Source: an uncultured Verrucomicrobiae bacterium
Lineage (GTDB): Bacteria > Verrucomicrobiota > Verrucomicrobiia > Chthoniobacterales > Chthoniobacteraceae
Assembly: GCA_963769025.1 (NCBI GenBank)
Contig: CAVYKI010000002.1
Span: 64,001-128,000, forward strand
Direction: 5' to 3'
DNA: 64,000 nucleotides
Position numbers and translations under genes: made by a program. The notes beneath the pieces were generated by a model. The model did no database searches. It was not told the DNA's origin and saw only the letters and a list, made by a program, of their open reading frames with translations. Shown here one piece after another: positions 49,196 through 57,889 of this stretch (position 1 is its first letter; every line of letters begins with the position of its first letter).

Positions 49196-50875
49196 TCAGT
49201 GAAGGCGGGTGATCTGGACTGGCTTCTTCAGCGAGTCGGGATACGGCCCCTTCCGGACGGACCAGTGCTGGTCCGTGATCTGGATTTTCCACAAGGGCAT
49301 GCACGCCATTTTGTAGGGACGAATGACGACCTCCTTGTTCACGGCAAAGACATTGTTCGGCGTGGGAACCGCCAGCAGGTAGCCGTTTTCATAGGCCCGC
49401 CGCATGATCTTTTCGCAGACCGGGACGAATCCGGGTTCGACCACCGCGGTGCGAAACATTTCCTCAATGTAGCCATCCATGACCGGGTCCGGGGAAACGG
49501 TGCTCCAGACATCGGTCGTGCGATAGACGAAGAAGGCCGTGAACGGATGATTGAAATACCAGTCGTCATTCCCCCAGACGAGGAGATCCCATTGCGTCTT
49601 GTTTTTGCGCGCATTCGTGGTGAGGAGCGTGCCAAAAATTTCCGCCTCACTCGGCGCCACGTCGATTTTCAGCGTCACGCCGACCTTGGACAGTTGCGAC
49701 TGGATGCCGCGCCAGAGCGGAAGGAACCGATCCTGCGTGAATACGCGCAGCTCCAGACCATCGAGGATATTCTTCAGCCTCTCCCGCGTCTCCGGAGCAT
49801 AGGGATCTTCGACTTCCGAATACGGCTTCAGCGATTGCGAAACCGTGCGCACTCCGGGAAAATTGGACGACGCGCCGACCGCCGAGAGGTCGCCTTCGCT
49901 TTCATAGACGAAATGCAGCAGGTTCGCCTGGTTGATGGCCTGGTTCAGCGCGACGCGGACGTCCTTTTCCAGCAGGCGCGGATTCCCGTTCCGCATGTTG
50001 ATGTGGATGGTGATGTTATTCGTCGAAGGCGAAGTCAGCAGCTTCGCGAACGGGGACAGGATGGTCGCGACTTTGTCCACCGGGGAGATGGTCGTGATGT
50101 CCAGTGCGCCTTCCTCGTTCAAGACCATGTCGCGGGCCTTGTCGCTGTCGAGTTCGGTGTAGATGGTGATCTTCTCCACCTTGGGATAGCGCTTGTCCCA
50201 ATAGTGGGGGTTTGCCTCCAGAACGACCTCCTTGGTATGGCGGTCGCCTTCCACATAGCCTTCCTTGAGAACGTAAGGCCCCAGCCCGTACGGCCCCGGC
50301 TCCGCGAGATTCGGGCAGTTGGATTTGCCGTTCCAGCCAAACTTCCTGAGATACGGTTCCGTGTAGAATTGCATCCAGATCACGTCGTTGAGAAAGCTCC
50401 CGTATTTCTCCGTGAGGTGAAATCGGACCGTATAGTCATCCACCTTCTCGGCGCGGTCGAAGACGAGGTGGATCTTGCTGTAGAGCGTGGGCTTCTTCTT
50501 GAAGTAACCCATGTTCAATACGACCGCGTCGGCATTGAACGGGCTGCCGTCCTGGAATTGCACACCTTCGCGCAATTTGAACTCGTAAGTCTTCTCGTCG
50601 ATCTGGCGATAAGCTGTCGCCATGTCATACTCCCAGCCCTGCTCGTTATCCGAGGGCCGGAGGAGGGCCGCGTTGATCGAATGGGAAGTATAGAGGTACG
50701 GAAGGCTGGGGATGAAAACCTTCACGTGCGAGCCTTTCACCAGTGCCGGCTGCGCGCGCTGCGCAGCGTCGTCTTCCCGCAAGACGAGCGGCTCGAAGGC
50801 AGGCAGGCCGCTGGTGACGGGCAGCAATGCCGCGAGAATTCGGCAGAAGGTTCGGATGAGGAGATCGGATTTCAT
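49196..50875 (-). CDS. ABC-type substrate-binding protein, family 5 (DppA/OppA-like), orphan
   Basis: YEFKLREGVQFQDGSPFNADAV, VDDYTVRFHL, GLGPY, VRVALNQAIN; no permease nearby. Confidence 0.85.
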   Translation of the reverse strand: MKSDLLIRTFCRILAALLPVTSGLPAFEPLVLREDDAAQRAQPALVKGSHVKVFIPSLPYLYTSHSINAALLRPSDNEQGWEYDMATAYRQIDEKTYEFKLREGVQFQDGSPFNADAVVLNMGYFKKKPTLYSKIHLVFDRAEKVDDYTVRFHLTEKYGSFLNDVIWMQFYTEPYLRKFGWNGKSNCPNLAEPGPYGLGPYVLKEGYVEGDRHTKEVVLEANPHYWDKRYPKVEKITIYTELDSDKARDMVLNEEGALDITTISPVDKVATILSPFAKLLTSPSTNNITIHINMRNGNPRLLEKDVRVALNQAINQANLLHFVYESEGDLSAVGASSNFPGVRTVSQSLKPYSEVEDPYAPETRERLKNILDGLELRVFTQDRFLPLWRGIQSQLSKVGVTLKIDVAPSEAEIFGTLLTTNARKNKTQWDLLVWGNDDWYFNHPFTAFFVYRTTDVWSTVSPDPVMDGYIEEMFRTAVVEPGFVPVCEKIMRRAYENGYLLAVPTPNNVFAVNKEVVIRPYKMACMPLWKIQITDQHWSVRKGPYPDSLKKPVQITRLH

Positions 50876-51187
50876 TTCAGCGCCGTCCCGCTCAGTGGGT
50901 CAAACCTCGCCGGGGACCGGCGGCTTGACGTTCATGAGCGCGATTTTCGCTCAGGTGCGATTACTGGTGGCAGACTATGCACGCGGAATTTCGCGACAAG
51001 CCCAAAGCACGGCGCCGCACCGCGGGCGGGAATCATTCGTAAGCAACCGTTCAACGGCGATTCGCGAGAGTGCGGTTCTTTCGCCCGCAGTCGTCCCGAT
51101 TTGCCGTCCAGCCCACTTCTTTCGCGTGGTAAAGGATGCCCCGTCGCCCGGTTCGGAAGGAGCGCTCTCACTGCAGATCCGGTGGCA

Positions 51188-52666
51188 TCAGGCTGCCATT
51201 ACCGTCTTGGTAAAGATGATGGTCACGACTGCTCCGCCTTCGTCGGCGTTGCGGATGCCGAGGATGGCGCTGTGCATTTCCAGGATTTGCTTCGTGACGG
51301 TCAGGCCTAGCCCCGTGCCCTGCCCGACCGGCTTGGTCGTGAAGAACGGGTCGAAAAGCCTCTTCAAGTGTTCCTCCGGGATTCCGGTCCCGGTGTCGCG
51401 GATTTCGACGACCACCACGGTGTCACCTGCGACGTAGCGGGGCCCGGAGGCGCCGTTGGCCGCATAGTCGGCATCGTCCGTTTCCATCGTCCGTTGCGAG
51501 GTCTGGATGGTGAGCGTTCCTCCCGCCGACATGGCCTGCGACGCATTCACGAAGACGTTGATGAAGACCTGCAGGATCTTATTTGGATCGACCCTGCATT
51601 TTGGAAGGCCTGGCGTCAGCGTTTTGGCGACCCGCACCTTCGCAATCGTCAGGTCATGCTTTACGAACCGCAGCGTCTTTTCGATCAGCGAATTCATGCA
51701 TGCCGTCCCGATTTCGAGACTGCGCGGTGCCGCCAGGCTCAGCAGGTCGCTGATGACCAGGCTCGCTCGCTCCACGGCATCCTTCATGTCGCCGAGGACG
51801 CCGTCGGTCTGCCCGGGATTGTGCGTCAGCGGCACCTGGGCGAGCCACTCGATGCCGATTTGCAGAATGCCGAGGGGGTTCTTCACTTCATGGGCGATGG
51901 CGGCGGCGAGGCGGCCGACGCACTGGAGCTTCTCGGCTTCGATCAATTGCATCTGCGCCTCCTTGAGACGCTCGTTGGACTCATTCGCAGCCGCGAGCGC
52001 CCGCCGGAGGTCGTCGGCCTGCTGTTCGAGCTGCTGCTTGGCATCCTCGAGCTGGCGGTTTTTCTGAACGGCGACTTCGTAAGTCGAAAGGAGGAGCTCG
52101 ACCGAATGTGCGCGCTCGGTGTCGATGGAGTAGCTCTGACCGTCGTAAACGAGCTCGGTCACAACCGGCCTTTCGCCGGATCTCCGGAACGGCATGCTCG
52201 CGAGCAGGTGCTCGATCCGTGAGATCAGTACATCTTCGTCGTAGGGCTTGATCACGAAACTGTCGGCGCCGCACTGGATGCCCTTGAGGACATCCTTGGG
52301 CTCGGAGAGTGTCGTCAGCAGGATGACCGGCAGATCCCGGAGCGTGTCATCGCTCTTGATCCGGTCGCACAAATCGTAGCCGTTCATCTCGGGCATGTTG
52401 ACGTCCGTGATCACCAAAGTGGGGCGGCGCCGGAGCAGATGGTCGAGCGCTTCCCTCCCGTTTTCGGTCAGGATCACCTCAAAGTGATGTTGCTGCAGCA
52501 TGTAGGAGAGCGCCATCGCCTGCGTGCGGCTGTCTTCGGCGATCAGGATGCTGACGAGCCGGGTACGCCCAGAGGTTTCACCATCACGCGAGCCATTGCC
52601 GAGGTCGGTGGCGATCTCGCCCCCCCGATTCCCATCCCCTCCCGGTGGTGTGATCCAGTTTTCCAT
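51188..52666 (-). CDS. Hybrid receiver-histidine kinase
   Basis: ILIAEDS...TDVNMPEMNG...KPY receiver; H-box AHEVKNPL; DTGTGI, FDPFFTTKPVGQGTGLGL. Confidence 0.92.
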   Translation of the reverse strand: MENWITPPGGDGNRGGEIATDLGNGSRDGETSGRTRLVSILIAEDSRTQAMALSYMLQQHHFEVILTENGREALDHLLRRRPTLVITDVNMPEMNGYDLCDRIKSDDTLRDLPVILLTTLSEPKDVLKGIQCGADSFVIKPYDEDVLISRIEHLLASMPFRRSGERPVVTELVYDGQSYSIDTERAHSVELLLSTYEVAVQKNRQLEDAKQQLEQQADDLRRALAAANESNERLKEAQMQLIEAEKLQCVGRLAAAIAHEVKNPLGILQIGIEWLAQVPLTHNPGQTDGVLGDMKDAVERASLVISDLLSLAAPRSLEIGTACMNSLIEKTLRFVKHDLTIAKVRVAKTLTPGLPKCRVDPNKILQVFINVFVNASQAMSAGGTLTIQTSQRTMETDDADYAANGASGPRYVAGDTVVVVEIRDTGTGIPEEHLKRLFDPFFTTKPVGQGTGLGLTVTKQILEMHSAILGIRNADEGGAVVTIIFTKTVMAA

Positions 52667-52801
52667 GGTCGTGTCCCTCAGTACACCCAGTTTCCTCACT
52701 TTCGTTACAGCGAAGCAAGCAAAGAATGCCCCGATAACATCTGTATGGATTGCTTATCCACAGGCTTGCATTTCATCGGCACGGCTGGCACCAAGGGCGC
52801 G

Positions 52802-53263
52802 ATGACACGACCGGTTTCTGAGTCCGTGGTACTGCTTGTGGTGGAGGAGTTAAATCTCGCCTTGCACCTCGAAGCCGTGGAGTGCGTCATCCGGTCCGTT
52901 GAGATTTCCGCGCTGCCGGATGCGCCGCACGGCGTCCTGGGTGTGATCAACCTGAAGGGCCGGATCATTCCCGTGTTCGATCTGCGGGCGCGTTTCGGGC
53001 TGCCGCCGCGCGAAGTCCGCGCGAGCGATTACCTCGTCATCTCCCGCCTGCGCTCTCGCTCGGTGGCCTTGTTGGTGGACACGGTCGTGGGCGTGGTGCC
53101 GGCCGGCCAGATGCAGTTGATCCAGTCTGCGGAAATCCTGCCGGAAATGGAATCCATCTCCGGTGTCCTGAAACTTGGGGGCAACCTGGTTTTTGTGCAT
53201 GATTTGGAAAAATTCCTTTCGACAGAGGGTTACGGCGCGCTCGAGGCGGCGCTGGAACGTTAG
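52802..53263 (+). CDS. cheW: CheW (WspB-like)
   Basis: LPDAPHGVLGVINLKGRIIPVFDLRARFG, VALLVDTV. Confidence 0.9.
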   Translation: MTRPVSESVVLLVVEELNLALHLEAVECVIRSVEISALPDAPHGVLGVINLKGRIIPVFDLRARFGLPPREVRASDYLVISRLRSRSVALLVDTVVGVVPAGQMQLIQSAEILPEMESISGVLKLGGNLVFVHDLEKFLSTEGYGALEAALER

Positions 53264-53275
53264 CCGCCACACGCC

Positions 53276-54652
53276 GTGAATCTTCCCCCTGAACTCCTCG
53301 ATGCGGTGAGCCGGCTCGTGGAGTCGCAGCTCGGCCTGCATTTCCCGCGCGAGCGGCTGGGCGACCTGGAACGTGGACTGCGGAACGCCGCCAAGGAGCT
53401 GGGGTTCCGCAGCGTGGAGGAATATGCGCGGGAGCTGGTAGGGGGAGGGAAGGGGATGGCGCAGGTCGAGTCCCTCGCCGCACACCTTACGATCGGGGAG
53501 ACGTATTTCTGCCGCGATCCCAAGTCGTTCGAGGCCCTTGAGACAAGCATTCTCCCCGCCTTTGTCCGCGAGCGGAAAGGTGACGCGAGGCGGCTGCGCA
53601 TCTGGAGCGCAGGCTGTTGCACCGGGGAGGAGGCGTATTCCATCGCGATGTCGCTCCGCCGTGCCATCCCCGACATTCGCGAGTGGCAGGTGACGATCTT
53701 GGCGACGGACATCAATCCCAAGTTCCTCCACAAGGCTGCAGAGGGCGTTTACGGGCCGTGGTCGTTCCGCGGCGTGCCCGATGAAGTAAAGCAGGCGTTC
53801 TTCCGTGAGCTTCCCGAGGCGCGACTGGAGGTGGTGCCATCCATCCGCAAGATGGTGACCTTTGGCTGCCTGAACCTCGCGGAGGACGTCTATCCGTCGC
53901 TCGCCACCAATACGACGGCGATGGACATCATCTTTTGCCGCAACGTGATGATCTATTTCTCGCAGGAACAACTGCGCAAGGTCGTGGCCAACCTCCATCG
54001 ATCGCTGAGTGAAGGAGGGTGGCTTTTCGTGAGCGCTTCGGAAGCCTCGCCGCAAGCCTTTGCCAGTTTTTCGCCCGCGGGATTCGAGGGGACCGCAGTC
54101 TATCGGAAGAATCCTCCGCTGCCGCTGGAACGGAAGCAGGTGTCGCCGGTGGCCCCAATCCTCCATGCGACCCTGGACAGGTTGCGCGCGAAGCCCAGCG
54201 CGCCGCCACAGAAGCGGGAGCAGCCTGCCGTCCCGCCCGCACAGCACAGCTTCTTGGCGGCACATCCTGCCGCCGAGGCGCGGCGGCTGGCGAATGAAGG
54301 GCGCCTCGGCGACGCGCTCGCCGCTTGCGAGCGGGCGATCCAGGCGGAGAAAGTCGTCGCGGCGCACTACTATCTGCGCGGCGCCATTCTTCAGGAGCAG
54401 AACGCGATCGAGGAGGCGACAGCCGATTTCAGAAAGGCGCTGTACCTCGACCACTCGTTCGTGGTCGCGCACTTCGCACTCGGCAACGCAATGCTCCGCC
54501 GCGGACGGAATCGCGACGCCCGCCGGTGCTTTGAAAATGTGCGGTCGTTGCTGGAGAATTATGCGCCGGAGGCCGAGCTGCCCGAGTCCGACGGGATCAC
54601 CGCCGGCCGCATGTTGGAAATCATCACATCCATGCAGGAGATCGCTGTGTGA
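53276..54652 (+). CDS. cheR: CheR methyltransferase with C-terminal TPR (WspC-like)
   Basis: LTIGETYF.RD, IWSAGCCTGEEAYSIA, ATDIN, DIIFCRNVMIYF; TPR motif FRKALYLD. Confidence 0.93.
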   Translation: MNLPPELLDAVSRLVESQLGLHFPRERLGDLERGLRNAAKELGFRSVEEYARELVGGGKGMAQVESLAAHLTIGETYFCRDPKSFEALETSILPAFVRERKGDARRLRIWSAGCCTGEEAYSIAMSLRRAIPDIREWQVTILATDINPKFLHKAAEGVYGPWSFRGVPDEVKQAFFRELPEARLEVVPSIRKMVTFGCLNLAEDVYPSLATNTTAMDIIFCRNVMIYFSQEQLRKVVANLHRSLSEGGWLFVSASEASPQAFASFSPAGFEGTAVYRKNPPLPLERKQVSPVAPILHATLDRLRAKPSAPPQKREQPAVPPAQHSFLAAHPAAEARRLANEGRLGDALAACERAIQAEKVVAAHYYLRGAILQEQNAIEEATADFRKALYLDHSFVVAHFALGNAMLRRGRNRDARRCFENVRSLLENYAPEAELPESDGITAGRMLEIITSMQEIAV

Positions 54653-54853
54653 TGCGCCCAGCCCGTTTGAAACGCCAACCCCGGCCCCGCAACGCAGCAC
54701 TCACCCCAGCTGAAATGTCGAACACCACCGCTCATCGCCAGACGCCGCGCTTCGCGCCAGTGCGGGATTATCGGACAACGGGCATTGATTTTATCGTTAC
54801 CGCGGACCTGCGGGTCTGATTTAACTGCCATTCACCTTTCCCTTCCAACTGCG

Positions 54854-55429
54854 ATGACAACACCCGACGCCCTGCCTCCGAATTGGTGCCGCAGACATTT
54901 TCAGATGGGGGCCCTGCTGACTTTGCTCGGCGTCCTTTCGTCGGTGATTCCCCGCCCGGCTCATGCGGCTTTCGACGAGCATCAGGTCAAGGCGGTCTGG
55001 ATCTACAATTTCACCCAGTTTGTCCGATGGAGTCCCAATTCGTTTCCCGACAGCGAGTCGCCCTTCACCATCGGTGTGCTGGGCGATGATCCGTTTGGCG
55101 GGGCATTGGCGGCGGCGGTAAAAGGCGAAACAATCCAGGGGCGAAAATTCGCGATCAAGCGCAGCCGCAACGTCGGTGCGCTGAAAGGCTGCCAGATTAT
55201 CTTCGTCAGCAAATCGGAGAGCTCGCGGCTCGGGGAAATTCTGGGTGCGGTGGCGAGACAGGGCATTCTCACCGTCGGCGAAAGCCCGGGATTTTGCGCG
55301 CAGGGAGGCGTGTTTAATTTCACGCTCGCGGGCGGCACCGTCGGGGTCGAGGTCTCCATCGGCGCCGCGGCGCGCGAGGGGCTGAAGATCAACGCCCAAC
55401 TCCTCCAGAAGTGCAAACGGCTCCCGTAG
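54854..55429 (+). CDS. YfiR family periplasmic protein (DUF4154)
   Basis: EHQVKAVWIYNFTQFVRW, IGVLGDDPFG, CQIIFVS, ILTVGE, GLKINAQLL. Confidence 0.87.
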   Translation: MTTPDALPPNWCRRHFQMGALLTLLGVLSSVIPRPAHAAFDEHQVKAVWIYNFTQFVRWSPNSFPDSESPFTIGVLGDDPFGGALAAAVKGETIQGRKFAIKRSRNVGALKGCQIIFVSKSESSRLGEILGAVARQGILTVGESPGFCAQGGVFNFTLAGGTVGVEVSIGAAAREGLKINAQLLQKCKRLP

Positions 55430-55456
55430 CGAATTTCACCAGGAATCACCAAACCC

Positions 55457-57112
55457 ATGTTTCAAGACCTGCCAATCAAACGGAAGCTCACCCTTGGTGT
55501 GCTGCTGACAAGCACCGCGTCGCTGCTGCTCGCGAGCGTCGCCTATTTTGTCTACGAGCGATCGACTTACCGTGGCGACAGGGCGCGGACACTCACCATT
55601 CTCGCCGATGTGCTCGGGACAAACAGCACCGCCGCCCTTTCCCTTTCCGAAGCCTCGGACACGAAAAGCGACGCGGAGGAGATCCTGAAGGCCCTCAACG
55701 CCGAGCCGGATATTCTCTCCGCCTCGCTTTACCATTATCCGGAGGGGAAGTTCTTCGCGAGCTTCACGCGCAACGAAGGGGAGAAAGTCCTCGCCTCGGC
55801 GCCGGAGGATGAGGGGCCGCGCATCACCGATGACCGCTTCACGGTCGTCCGGCCGGTCATGCTCAGCGAAAAACGGATCGGCACCATCGTGCTGATATCC
55901 AGCATGGAGCGGATCAACGCCCAGCTGCGGCGGTACATGGAGATCGGTGTGATGGTGATTCTCGCGTCCGTGCTGGTGGCGGCGCTGCTCGCCAACGCCT
56001 TTCAACGGGCCATCTCGCGACCGATTCTCGCGCTGTTCAGCGCGGCGCAGCTCGTCGCCGAGAAGAAGGACTACTCCGTGCGGGCGGAGCGCTTCGGCAG
56101 CGATGAGCTGGGGCGGCTGACGGACGCCTTCAACCAGATGCTCGCGGCGATCGAGGAGCAAAGCGGAGCGCTGAAGAAAGCCATCGCCGAGAATGAGGAA
56201 AAGAGCGCGGCGCTCGGCGCTGCGAATGTCTCGATGACCGCACAGACGGCGCAGATCATCGAGAGCGTGGAAGTTCTCGGCTCATCCGCGCGGGAGATTT
56301 TGAACTTCACCACGCAATCCACCGCAGCGGCCACGGAGACGGCCACCGCGATCACGGAGACCACGGCCACGGTGGAAGAGGTGAGGCAGACGGTGCATGC
56401 CTCCAGCGACAAGGCGCGGCACGTGGCCGAGAGCTCGGAGCGCTCCGCGCAGATTTCCGAGACGGGCCGAAAGTCCGCCGAGGCGAGCATCGAAGGCATG
56501 AAACACATCCGCGAGCAGATGGCGGCCATCGCGGACAGCATGATCCGCCTCACGGAGCAGACCCAGGACATCGGCCAGATCGTCGCGGCAGTGGAGGACC
56601 TCTCGGCGCAGTCGCACCTGCTGGCGGTGAATGCCGCCGTCGAGGCGGCCAAGGCCGGCGAGCAGGGCAAGGGATTCGCCGTCGTGGCGCAGGAAGTCCG
56701 CAGCCTCGCGCAACAGTCCAAGCAGGCGACCACGCAGGTGCGCGCGATCCTCAAGGAAATCCAGAAGGCCACCGGCGCAGCCGTGATGGCCACCGAGCAG
56801 GGCGCGAAGGCGGTCGATACCGGCGTGGCGCAATCCACGCACGCGGGCGAATCCATCCGTGCGCTCGCGGAGAGCGTCCACCAGGCCGCGCAGGCGGCGG
56901 CGCAGATTTCCGCCTCCAGCCACCAGCAGCTCGTGGGGATGGACCATGTCGCCACGGCGATGGAGAGCGTGCGGCAGGCGGGCACTCAGAATGTGGACAG
57001 CGCGCGGCACCTCGAGGCCGCGGCGCGCCGGCTTAGCGACCTGGGTGAAAAGCTGCGGCAGCTTTTGAACGAGTCGAAGAAGGCCGCAAACGGGAACAAG
57101 ACCGCCGCATGA
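55457..57112 (+). CDS. Methyl-accepting chemotaxis protein with YfiN-like periplasmic sensor and HAMP
   Basis: IKRKL-TM, LADVLGTNSTAAL...AEEILKAL, TM2, HAMP (DYSVRA..DELGRLTDAFNQML), QSHLLAVNAAVEAAKAGEQGKGFAVVAQEVRSLA. Confidence 0.92.
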   Translation: MFQDLPIKRKLTLGVLLTSTASLLLASVAYFVYERSTYRGDRARTLTILADVLGTNSTAALSLSEASDTKSDAEEILKALNAEPDILSASLYHYPEGKFFASFTRNEGEKVLASAPEDEGPRITDDRFTVVRPVMLSEKRIGTIVLISSMERINAQLRRYMEIGVMVILASVLVAALLANAFQRAISRPILALFSAAQLVAEKKDYSVRAERFGSDELGRLTDAFNQMLAAIEEQSGALKKAIAENEEKSAALGAANVSMTAQTAQIIESVEVLGSSAREILNFTTQSTAAATETATAITETTATVEEVRQTVHASSDKARHVAESSERSAQISETGRKSAEASIEGMKHIREQMAAIADSMIRLTEQTQDIGQIVAAVEDLSAQSHLLAVNAAVEAAKAGEQGKGFAVVAQEVRSLAQQSKQATTQVRAILKEIQKATGAAVMATEQGAKAVDTGVAQSTHAGESIRALAESVHQAAQAAAQISASSHQQLVGMDHVATAMESVRQAGTQNVDSARHLEAAARRLSDLGEKLRQLLNESKKAANGNKTAA

Positions 57113-57720
57113 ACGGGTCCGAGCCCATCCAGTGGACGGAAGCCCGCGCGCGAATCGACGCCGTGGAGGCTGCGATCGAGGAAGGCTTCGCGCCGAGTCC
57201 CGAGCAGGAGCGGGAGATCCTGAAAGCGCGGGCGAAGGAATTTGCGAAGGAACCGGAGGCCGCGGAGGTGGAGTCGGACTGGCTCGAGGTGATCGAGTTT
57301 GAGCTCGCCGGCGAAGCGTACGCGCTGCCGCTCGCGCAGGTGCAGACCGTGAGCGCCCTCAAGGAGCTCACGCCGGTTCCATGCACGCCGGCGTTTGTGC
57401 TGGGAATCATCAACCTGCGCGGCGAAATCCGCGCCGTGATCGATCTGAAGAAGTTTTTCGATCTTCCGGAAAAGGGGATCACCGACCTGAACAAGATCAT
57501 CCTGGTCCAGAATGACGAGATGCAGCTGGGCATCCTCGCGGATTCCATTCGCGGGGTGCGGCGCATCCGGCTCGACGACTTGCAGCCGCCTCTCCCGACG
57601 CTGACGAAGATCGGTTCCGACTATTTGCGCGGGGTGACCAGCGAGCGGATCGTGGTCCTGGATGCCGGCAAGATCCTTTCCGATCCGGGAATTCTCGTGG
57701 ACGACAAAGTCCGGACGTAA
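57109..57720 (+). CDS. cheW: CheW (WspD-like)
   Basis: EILKARAKEFA, FELAGEAYALPL, TPVPCTPAFVLGIINLRGEI. Confidence 0.9.
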   Translation: MNGSEPIQWTEARARIDAVEAAIEEGFAPSPEQEREILKARAKEFAKEPEAAEVESDWLEVIEFELAGEAYALPLAQVQTVSALKELTPVPCTPAFVLGIINLRGEIRAVIDLKKFFDLPEKGITDLNKIILVQNDEMQLGILADSIRGVRRIRLDDLQPPLPTLTKIGSDYLRGVTSERIVVLDAGKILSDPGILVDDKVRT

Positions 57721-57745
57721 CCGCCATCTCCCGCAGGAGCACCTC

Positions 57746-57889
57746 ATGAAACTATCCGTCGGCACAAAAATCGGCGCGGGGGCTTTCATGGGTGGCGCGG
57801 TCACGGCCCGGATCGCTCGCCGAGCGGTTCAAGGTATGACCCCGACGCATGCCTTCCGTACGAATGCGCCAGCCATCCTGAGACCATGA
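57746..57889 (+). pseudogene. Probable remnant of an MCP gene (N-terminal stub)
   Basis: AGGAG RBS, then MKLSVGTKIGAG (typical MCP start) followed by unrelated sequence; its stop overlaps the cheA ATG. Confidence 0.45.

Noticed and set aside
47542..51310. Long antisense or alternate-frame ORFs (e.g. 49199..51310 +, 47918..49162 +, and similar throughout)
   Set aside because: Shadow ORFs of high-GC coding sequence: no motifs, skewed composition, and opposite well-supported genes.
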